From Candidatus Altiarchaeales archaeon (GTDB lineage Archaea; Altiarchaeota; Altiarchaeia; IMC4; QMZM01): DNA of 64,000 nucleotides. Positions 57,191 to 64,000 of the stretch are shown here, piece by piece. Where the stretch lies: contig JAHEXG010000002.1 of assembly GCA_023252215.1 (NCBI GenBank), forward strand, positions 16,315 to 80,314. Direction: 5' to 3'. Numbering within the stretch: position 1 is the stretch's first letter; each line of letters begins with the position of its first letter. The translations under genes and the position numbers were made by a program. The notes under the pieces were generated by a model, which ran no database searches, was not told the origin of the DNA, and was given only the letters and a program-made list of their open reading frames with translations.

Positions 57191-58662
57191 CGGAAAAGAA
57201 AAAGCAGATCACGATCAACCCGGTCACCCGGCTCGAAGGCCACGCGAAAATAGATATCTTCCTGAATGACGAAGGCAACGTGGAGGATGCATATTTCCAG
57301 GTAATCGAGCTGCGGGGCTTTGAAAAATTCTGCCAGGGCAGGCCTGCCGAAGAGATGCCGAGGATCGCGCCTCACATCTGCGGAGTGTGCCCTAACCCGC
57401 ATCACATGGCCTCCGGGAAGGCGGTCGACATGGTGTTCGGGGTCGAAGCGACCGAGACTGCAAAGAAACTGCGGGAACTGTCTCTCTGCGCGCACTATGT
57501 GCACAGCCACATAGCGCACTTCTACGCACTTGCCGGACCAGACTTTATCGTGGGGCCGGCTGCGCCAGCAAAAGACCGGAACATCATCGGAGTAATAAAC
57601 AAAGTAGGGGTGAAGATAGGCGGGGACGTAATACAAGCCCGCGCCTATGCGCAGAAGATACAGGCGATCATCAGCGGCAGGGCGACTCATCCGATAAACA
57701 ACCTTCCGGGAGGGCTTGCTAAGCCCATCACTGCCGAAGAGCAGAAGGAGATCGAAAGGATGAGCAAAACTTTGGTGGACTTCGGGAAATTCACGCTCCA
57801 GATATTCGAAGACGCCGTAGTCAAGAACAAGGCATACGCAGACATAATAACAGGGGACATATACCGGCACAGGACGTATTACATGGGCACGGTCGACAAA
57901 AACAACAAGGTAAATTTCTACGACGGAGCTATACGCGTGGTCGACCCGGAAGGAAAAGAATACGAAAAATTCCGCGGAGAAAAATACCTGGACCACATCG
58001 CAGAGCACGTGGAGCCCTGGACCTACCTCAAATTCCCATACCTCAAAAATAAAGGATGGAAGGGCATAGTCGACGGAAAAGAATCAGGAGTATACCGCGT
58101 CGCACCGCTGGCCCGGCTGAACGCCGCAGACGGCATGGCGACTCCGCTCGCGGACGAGGCATACCAAAAGATGTACGAGACCCTTGGAGGAAAACCGGTC
58201 CATGCAACGCTTGCGATGCACTGGGCCAGGGTCATAGAGATAATGTACGCGGCAGAGAGGATAAAAGAACTGGTAGAAGATCCGCAGATAACGGACACGG
58301 ACGTGCGCAACATCCCAACGGATGTCGTGGGCGTAGGCATAGGCCAGGTTGAAGCGCCCCGCGGAACGCTGTTCCACCACTACTGGACAGACGACGACGG
58401 CATGATCACCAAATTGAACATACTCGTCGCCACGGGAAACAACAATGCTGCGATCTGCATGTCCGTAAAGCGCGCTGCCGAGAAACTGATAAAGAACTGG
58501 AAGGTAGACGACGGCATATTGAACATGATAGAGATGGCGTTCCGGGCGTACGACCCATGCTTCGCATGCGCTACTCACACGCTGCCAGGGCACATGCCTT
58601 TGGAGATCAGGATCTTTGACTCCGGGAAAAACTTATACAAGACAATATCGCGTTATGAATAA
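57187..58662 (+). CDS. mvhA: [NiFe] hydrogenase large subunit (MvhA-like)
   Basis: RLEGH and CGVCP N-terminal Ni-site motifs. C-terminal DPCFACATH with a cleavable extension. ATGA overlap with the small subunit. Confidence 0.85.
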   Translation: MTEKKKQITINPVTRLEGHAKIDIFLNDEGNVEDAYFQVIELRGFEKFCQGRPAEEMPRIAPHICGVCPNPHHMASGKAVDMVFGVEATETAKKLRELSLCAHYVHSHIAHFYALAGPDFIVGPAAPAKDRNIIGVINKVGVKIGGDVIQARAYAQKIQAIISGRATHPINNLPGGLAKPITAEEQKEIERMSKTLVDFGKFTLQIFEDAVVKNKAYADIITGDIYRHRTYYMGTVDKNNKVNFYDGAIRVVDPEGKEYEKFRGEKYLDHIAEHVEPWTYLKFPYLKNKGWKGIVDGKESGVYRVAPLARLNAADGMATPLADEAYQKMYETLGGKPVHATLAMHWARVIEIMYAAERIKELVEDPQITDTDVRNIPTDVVGVGIGQVEAPRGTLFHHYWTDDDGMITKLNILVATGNNNAAICMSVKRAAEKLIKNWKVDDGILNMIEMAFRAYDPCFACATHTLPGHMPLEIRIFDSGKNLYKTISRYE

Positions 58663-59110
58663 CAAGACACTCGTGCTAGGCGTAGGAAATCCCATACTGG
58701 GAGACGACGGAGTAGGCATACATGCGGTAAGGGAGCTTAGAAAAGACGCAGGCTGCGCAGATTTTGAGGAGGCGCCCGTCTCAAGCCTGGAACTGGTGGA
58801 AATGTTCCTAGGATACGAGAAAGTCATAATCGTCGACGCAGTAAAAACAAGGGAAGGCGTCCCGGGAAAAATATACGAACTATGCGGGGAGGATATGCCT
58901 ACCCTGCACGGCCTGTCCCCGCACGACGTGGACTTTCATACCGCACTGGAATACGGGAAAAAATTCATGGGACAGATGCCGAAGATAACGATATACGGCA
59001 TCGAAGCCGCAAACGTAACGGACTTTGGCGAAACGCTCAGCCCAAAGGTCGAGGAATCTCTTCGTTTAGTCATAGAAAAAATCAAAAAAGAAATCAAAGA
59101 TGGATCTTAG
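58655..59110 (+). CDS. Hydrogenase maturation endopeptidase (HycI/FrhD-like)
   Basis: VLGVGNPILGDDGVGIHAV N-terminus typical of hydrogenase C-terminal proteases. Overlaps mvhA by 8 nt. Confidence 0.75.
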   Translation: MNNKTLVLGVGNPILGDDGVGIHAVRELRKDAGCADFEEAPVSSLELVEMFLGYEKVIIVDAVKTREGVPGKIYELCGEDMPTLHGLSPHDVDFHTALEYGKKFMGQMPKITIYGIEAANVTDFGETLSPKVEESLRLVIEKIKKEIKDGS

Positions 59111-59543
59111 GGAAGAACTCAAAAGCGAAATAGACGGCAAGACCATAAGCTATTGCTTCAGCTGCGGCATGTGTACCGGAGGCTGTCCCTCGGCCCGCCT
59201 GAACGAAAAATACAATCCCAGAAGGATACTCCACCGCGCAGTCATAGAAGGAAAAATCGAGAACGACATCTGGCTCTGCACCAACTGCTACACATGCCAG
59301 GAACGCTGCCCCACAAAGACCAAAGTCGCGGACATTATCAGCTTCATGCGCAGGATATACGTCAAAGAAAAAGGCATACCCGAATTCATAAAACCCCTGG
59401 TTACGAATTTGCAGAACTGCGGATTCACTGCCCCCATAGGGGAACTGGAAAACAAGAGACGCGAGCGGATGGGACTTCCCCCGATGAAGACAAACGACGA
59501 AATAAGAAAGATAATAGAGAAGACGGGAGGCGGCGTAAAATGA
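59100..59543 (+). CDS. hdrC: Heterodisulfide reductase subunit C-like (two 4Fe-4S motifs)
   Basis: CFSCGMCTGGCP and CTNCYTCQERCP. Confidence 0.75.
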   Translation: MDLREELKSEIDGKTISYCFSCGMCTGGCPSARLNEKYNPRRILHRAVIEGKIENDIWLCTNCYTCQERCPTKTKVADIISFMRRIYVKEKGIPEFIKPLVTNLQNCGFTAPIGELENKRRERMGLPPMKTNDEIRKIIEKTGGGVK

Positions 59544-60415
59544 AGAACCGCTACGCATATTTCATAGGCTGCACCATACCATTCCGGGCCTCGAACTACG
59601 ACCAAGCCACAAAGAAGGTCGCAGAAAAACTGGGAATAGAACTGACAGACCTCCCGGATGCGGGATGCTGCGGCCTCTATTTTGAGCTCATTAACGAGAT
59701 GACCTATCTTTCCATGGCCGCGCGAGTCCTGTCAATGGCCGAGGAAAAGAAACTAGACCTCATGGTCCTATGCAACGGCTGCAACGGATCGCTTTACCGG
59801 GCCAACAAGAAACTAAAAGAAAACCCGGAACTAAAAGACAAAGTAAACGAAGTGCTTGCAGAAGTAGGACGCGAATACAAGGGCACAATAGAAGTAAAAC
59901 ACCTGATACGCGTGCTATACGAAGACGTCGGGATAGAGAGGATCAGAGAGAAGATAACCAACCCGCTCACGAACGTAAAAGCCGCGGCGCATTACGGCTG
60001 CCACCTGCTCAAGCCGTCCGAGGAGATCATGTTCGACGATCCCCATAACCCGGTAAGCCTTGACCGCTTAATAGAGGTCACAGGAGCAAAGTCCGTGGAC
60101 TACTACGACAAACAGCAATGCTGCGGAGGATACGTCCTCGCCGCGGACGCGAAGACCGCCTACCGCATGACAGGCGAGAAACTGGCCCATGTTAAAGCTG
60201 CGGGAGCAGACATGTTGATCACGGGCTGCCCCTTCTGCAACGTGATGTACGACGCCAACCAAAAGGCTGCGGAAACCGAGACCGGGCAGCAGTATAAGAT
60301 TCCGGTACTGCATTATCCGCAGTTGCTGGCGCTGGCGATGGGGATCGATGCAAAGGAGCTTGGATTCGAGCAGAACCGGGTCAGGCCGGATATGAAGCTC
60401 TTCCTGAAAGAATAA
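59540..60415 (+). CDS. hdrB: Heterodisulfide reductase subunit B-like (two CCG domains)
   Basis: CCG motifs GCCGLYF...CNGC and CCGGYV...GCPFC. ATGA overlap with hdrC. Track ORF from 59153 is over-extended. Confidence 0.8.
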   Translation: MKNRYAYFIGCTIPFRASNYDQATKKVAEKLGIELTDLPDAGCCGLYFELINEMTYLSMAARVLSMAEEKKLDLMVLCNGCNGSLYRANKKLKENPELKDKVNEVLAEVGREYKGTIEVKHLIRVLYEDVGIERIREKITNPLTNVKAAAHYGCHLLKPSEEIMFDDPHNPVSLDRLIEVTGAKSVDYYDKQQCCGGYVLAADAKTAYRMTGEKLAHVKAAGADMLITGCPFCNVMYDANQKAAETETGQQYKIPVLHYPQLLALAMGIDAKELGFEQNRVRPDMKLFLKE

Positions 60416-60444
60416 CTACTTTTCACCCGGCCTCCCCATCAAAA

Positions 60445-60642
60445 CTAATTTATTCCCCTTACCTTTATCCATCTGGCCATTTCGACCCCGGCCTTCCTAC
60501 TCAGCGGCTCTGAAACAGCAGGTATCCATTTGTCGTCCATGAACGCGGGAACAGCCGTAAAAGAGAATTTGAACCAACTGTACCGCCTTACACCCTTCAT
60601 AGCATCCAGTATATTACATTCAGTTTTCATTTCAACCTCCAC
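60445..60642 (-). CDS. Small hypothetical ORF (65 aa)
   Basis: ORF only, no motif. May be spurious. Confidence 0.25.
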   Translation of the reverse strand: MEVEMKTECNILDAMKGVRRYSWFKFSFTAVPAFMDDKWIPAVSEPLSRKAGVEMARWIKVRGIN

Positions 60643-60730
60643 CCGTTCCCTCCGGGAAAAACCCTGCGAGGGATTCTATATCTAGGAAAAGACGGAATAA
60701 AACACGGGCAAACAGGTATTCCAGAACAAT

Positions 60731-61927
60731 TCAGACGATGACCCTGCTTTTTGCATATGACGCATAAAGGAAAATAACGGTGATCGCAACTGCCAGCAGC
60801 ATACTGGCCATGAATCCTGCAGAATAATTCGCCCAGGTTATTATTATCCCGGTCAACAACGGTCCTGCGGTCTGCCCGATGTCCATGATGGCAGAAAGCG
60901 CCCCCATGGACGCGCCCAACTCCTTCTTTTTACATACGTCCGCAGTATAGGTGGTCGTCGCTATCGTAGACGTTGAAATGGCAAGGCCTGCGACAACGCT
61001 TATCAACAGGTACCCGGCCATGTCCGCAGCATAAGGCACCGCAGCCATAGCCACGCCCAAAGCCGTGAGGCCCAACGCTATCTGCTTTCTTTTGTCCACC
61101 CGGTCCGCGGCTTTGCCTAAAAGAGGCTTGCTTATCGCTATCGTAAATATCTGAATAGAGAAAATAATCCCGGTATCTGTCGCGGAAAAGCCTTTGAACT
61201 GCAAAAACAACGGAAGATAGGTCTCCAGCGCACCATAAGAAAAATACGTGGACAGATCAACGAGGGCTGTTGCAAAAAGTAATCGATCGGAAAAGAATGC
61301 GACAAGGCTCTGCTTGAAGTCTGCAAAACTGACAGAGCCCTGCACCCTGCCGTCGTCGTCCCGGTAGAATAGGATTATCAGAAGCACCGGCACGGCCGCG
61401 GCCGCAGCTATCAGGTAAACCGTCTGGTAATTGCTGAAACCCATAAAAGCATACTGCGCTAACACCATGCCGCCCGCCAGGGGCGCAATAGTCCGGCCGA
61501 ACAATGTCGCAGACGAATATAAGCCGATCTTTTCTCCCTTGGTCTTGGAATATTTCTCTGCAAGGATGGCCGAAACCACAGGCCCAAGAATTGCTGTCGC
61601 CGCGCCGTGGAAGAACCGGATAGGGATGAGAAACCAGGGATTCGAAACCAAAAGATACAAAGGAGGAGCTGCAACGAATATCAACCCGGCCAAGGTCAGG
61701 AGTTTTTTTCTTCCCAACCGGTCGGACGCAACGCCGATCGGGAAACTAAAAACCACGCCCGCAAAAGGCGAAAGAGCCGCTATCAGGCCGATCAATGCAT
61801 CGTCCGCGCCAAGGGAATGCGCATACAATGGGAGGACAGGGTTCTTGCTTATCGTGGTCGAGAAAATGGCGAAGAAGCCGATAAGGGAGAAGTAATATAT
61901 TAGGTTCTTGCTGGTTGAGTCGCCCAT
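60731..61927 (-). CDS. MFS transporter
   Basis: 12 predicted TM segments. MFS signature-like VASDRLGRKKLL. Confidence 0.75.
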   Translation of the reverse strand: MGDSTSKNLIYYFSLIGFFAIFSTTISKNPVLPLYAHSLGADDALIGLIAALSPFAGVVFSFPIGVASDRLGRKKLLTLAGLIFVAAPPLYLLVSNPWFLIPIRFFHGAATAILGPVVSAILAEKYSKTKGEKIGLYSSATLFGRTIAPLAGGMVLAQYAFMGFSNYQTVYLIAAAAAVPVLLIILFYRDDDGRVQGSVSFADFKQSLVAFFSDRLLFATALVDLSTYFSYGALETYLPLFLQFKGFSATDTGIIFSIQIFTIAISKPLLGKAADRVDKRKQIALGLTALGVAMAAVPYAADMAGYLLISVVAGLAISTSTIATTTYTADVCKKKELGASMGALSAIMDIGQTAGPLLTGIIITWANYSAGFMASMLLAVAITVIFLYASYAKSRVIV

Positions 61928-61947
61928 GTTTTATCCCGCAGTCATTT

Positions 61948-62238
61948 TCATGCGTAGACTACCTCTCTCAAAACTCTGTCCCTCATCTGTGTTTTGAGGG
62001 CTTTAACGGTAACAAGATCCACCGTGATCCCAAGGATCTCTTCCAGGTACTCTTTAAGGTCAAGGAACTCCCATCCAATTGGTTTGGAAAACTCTACGAG
62101 AATGTCCACGTCGCTTTTGCTTCTGGCCTCTCCACGGGCATAGGAGCCGAAGACGCCTATCTCTTTGACATTGAATTCCTTTTTCAAAAAAGGCTTACTC
62201 TTCTTGAGCGTTTCCTCGATGTCGCTGAGAGTTTTCAT
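61948..62238 (-). CDS. Orphan MntA-type nucleotidyltransferase (no adjacent HEPN partner)
   Basis: GVFGSYARGEARSKSDVDILVEF. Only 20 bp separate it from the MFS gene start, leaving no room for a HEPN ORF. Confidence 0.7.
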   Translation of the reverse strand: MKTLSDIEETLKKSKPFLKKEFNVKEIGVFGSYARGEARSKSDVDILVEFSKPIGWEFLDLKEYLEEILGITVDLVTVKALKTQMRDRVLREVVYA

Positions 62239-62474
62239 GGATATTTATCATTGGTAAAAGCGATTAAAATACGGTAAATAGTAATCCTTTCTTCGGTTTA
62301 GACCGAATGAAAGAGGAGGAGTTTTTATATTACGGCAGAACATAGCATAACATGAGAAATAGCTTGCTCTTGGCCTATTCCCTACTAGTCACCGGAGTCC
62401 TGGCAATAGTAGTGGTGGGTTATATGTTCAGAGATATGATCGCCGGGATAGGGTTCCCTTTTTAGTTTACTTAT

Positions 62475-62810
62475 TTATTTCTCCACTGCGCCTTTCCAGG
62501 AGCGCATGCCTCCGCTCATTATCCTCACCCGGTATCCTTTGTCTTTGAGCATCTTTGCCGCGACTCCCGCCCGGCCTCCGGAAAGGCATATTGCCAGTAT
62601 CTTCTGGTCTTTTTTGAGTTCTTGCAGCCTGCTGTGCAGGGCGGACAGGGGTATGTTGACTGCTCCGGGTATGTGTCCCTGCAGGTATTCGTCCTCTTCG
62701 CGCACGTCTAGTATGAGGCATTCTTTCCGGTACTCGGCCAGGTTTGTTTCGACCTTTGCCGCATCGAGGTCTGAGTCGACGCCAAGCATTTTATCGGCCA
62801 TTTGTTTCAC
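62475..62810 (-). CDS. Rhodanese-like domain protein
   Basis: Single rhodanese domain with active-site-loop Cys in ICLSGGRAG. Confidence 0.75.
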   Translation of the reverse strand: MKQMADKMLGVDSDLDAAKVETNLAEYRKECLILDVREEDEYLQGHIPGAVNIPLSALHSRLQELKKDQKILAICLSGGRAGVAAKMLKDKGYRVRIMSGGMRSWKGAVEK

Positions 62811-64000
62811 CTCAAGCTGCTCACAGTATTGGTCCCCTCGGGTATCACCAATACTTTTGCGTCTTTTCCGTGCTTTTTGAAAGCCTGCTGCAATGCTTCG
62901 TCCGCGGTCTTCGCATACTTGAACCGGTACAGGTTCTCTACTACGTCTTTTGACATGGCGGAAACAAGGTAGATATCCGCCTTCTCCACAGCCAAAAGAT
63001 TGTAGTAGGCCTTGTGCCCGCCGATGTTAAATTCCCGGTCCAGTTCCGATCTCATCTCTTCCTTGGTCTTGTATTTCTTCATCCAGGACTCATAATTCCG
63101 GTTACCAGGGCCTTCAGGGCACTCCGCAAGAAGGATTATCGATCCTCTGTCTTTTACGACCGCCAGCGCAAGATGCAGCGCCTTGTATGCCTGGTATAGG
63201 TCTATGTCGTGCGGAGATCCGCTCGCAGAAGTGATCACGATGTCTGCTTTTTCCCCGGCCTTGGCCATGTATATCTTCTCGACCAGCGATGCGCCCTTTT
63301 TCAGTACGAGGTCAAAGTCTCCGCTATACGCGCCTACTATGCCTTTTTCATCCTGCACTACGTTTATCGTATAGTCCACTTTGGCTAAGCGCGCAGCTTC
63401 GGTCATGTTCTCATACATCGGATTCCCGTCCAGTTTGGCCGGCCGGGCGTCCGGGGAAAAAAAGTTGCGCTTGTAGTTGTCCTGTATCGTGGCATAATTT
63501 ACGATGCCTGGAAGGATGCTTTTACGTCCTCCGCCGTAGCCTGCAAAATAGTGTATCTCCACGTCGCCTGTCAATATCTTTACGTCTGCGTCGTAGAAAG
63601 CTTTTTTAAGCATGACTTTTGTCCCTCTCTTAGTCGTGCCGATGTCCACGAAATCATTGCCCAATGAATCGTTGCTTATGTATCTTATCCTCGAAGCAAT
63701 GTCCTTTCCAAGCAGTTTCCCGGCTTCCTCCTTTGTCGTCGTCCTGTGGCTTCCAGTCGCAAATATAATAAGTATGTTCTCGTCTCTGACGCCCGCGGAA
63801 TACAATTCCTCCAAAAGGAATGGAAGCATCTTGTCAGTGGGACAAGGCCTGGTGTGGTCGTCGACGACTACTGCGACAACGTCTTTTTTCTTTTTCGCCT
63901 TCACTATGTCCGAAAGTTTCTTTGTACCGTCCGGATTCTGCAGCGCATTCCTTATCAATTGCTCAGGCGTCTCCTTTACATTGTATTCGGCAGGCCGCAG
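62807..64000 (-). CDS. LarA-like (lactate racemase family, nickel-pincer cofactor-dependent) protein, 5' end beyond window
   Basis: DUF2088/LarA-like N-terminal region (DDHTRPCP, ...ATGSHR...). ORF continues past position 64000. Overlaps the rhodanese gene by 4 nt. Confidence 0.6.
   Translation of the reverse strand: MRPAEYNVKETPEQLIRNALQNPDGTKKLSDIVKAKKKKDVVAVVVDDHTRPCPTDKMLPFLLEELYSAGVRDENILIIFATGSHRTTTKEEAGKLLGKDIASRIRYISNDSLGNDFVDIGTTKRGTKVMLKKAFYDADVKILTGDVEIHYFAGYGGGRKSILPGIVNYATIQDNYKRNFFSPDARPAKLDGNPMYENMTEAARLAKVDYTINVVQDEKGIVGAYSGDFDLVLKKGASLVEKIYMAKAGEKADIVITSASGSPHDIDLYQAYKALHLALAVVKDRGSIILLAECPEGPGNRNYESWMKKYKTKEEMRSELDREFNIGGHKAYYNLLAVEKADIYLVSAMSKDVVENLYRFKYAKTADEALQQAFKKHGKDAKVLVIPEGTNTVSSLR

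Noticed and set aside
59153-60415. 420-aa version of HdrB
   Set aside because: Upstream 129 codons are an alternative frame of hdrC. The HdrB N-terminus MKNRYAYFIGC starts at 59540.
62352-62465. 37-aa hydrophobic mini-ORF between the orphan MntA and rhodanese
   Set aside because: Too short and without an SD or conservation evidence. Mentioned only as a possible leader peptide.

Overview
This is an archaeal chromosomal segment with mixed housekeeping and accessory content. Archaeal markers include two intron-containing tRNAs, ribosomal protein L37ae with RNA polymerase subunit P, prefoldin beta, a geranylgeranyl reductase, archaeal-type AspRS, and HdrABC with an Mvh-type NiFe hydrogenase. GC is about 50% in the core genes, with AT-rich islands.

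Housekeeping genes called: metG, aspS, topA, hisC, rubrerythrin, a NOL1/NOP2/Sun methyltransferase, a methylthioadenosine salvage cluster, and a homospermidine pathway (ODC-like decarboxylase plus homospermidine-synthase-like enzyme).

A nickel/hydrogen block spans about 45.3-60.4 kb. It holds NikR, the hypE, hypB, hypA, hypD and hypC genes, a divergent hypF, and a single translationally coupled operon HdrA(MvhD-fused)-MvhG-MvhA-endopeptidase-HdrC-HdrB. A MntA/HepT toxin-antitoxin pair is inserted between hypB and hypA.

Most notable accessory content:
- An AT-rich 2.2-kb island between aspS and metG carries a three-domain PIN-GNAT-PUA/ASCH-like protein overlapping a stand-alone ASCH protein. 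This is a candidate RNA-targeting or RNA-modification module of unknown function.
- A 2650-aa secreted giant protein combines cohesin and dockerin modules, thrombospondin-type Ca-binding repeats, three LamG domains, a DUF2341-like domain and poly-Thr linkers. Inside it are a 1020-bp tandem duplication containing a 212-bp perfectly identical block, and a 21-bp coding micro-repeat.
- A frameshift-riddled IS1182-family remnant has 16-bp terminal inverted repeats.
- A candidate nickel-linked module comprises two paralogous small membrane proteins, a repeat lipoprotein and NikR.
- An arsenite methyltransferase operon is headed by a small AbrB-type protein with a CC-x2-CC cysteine cluster.

No CRISPR array is present. 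All family assignments are motif-level readings of the translations without database searches.
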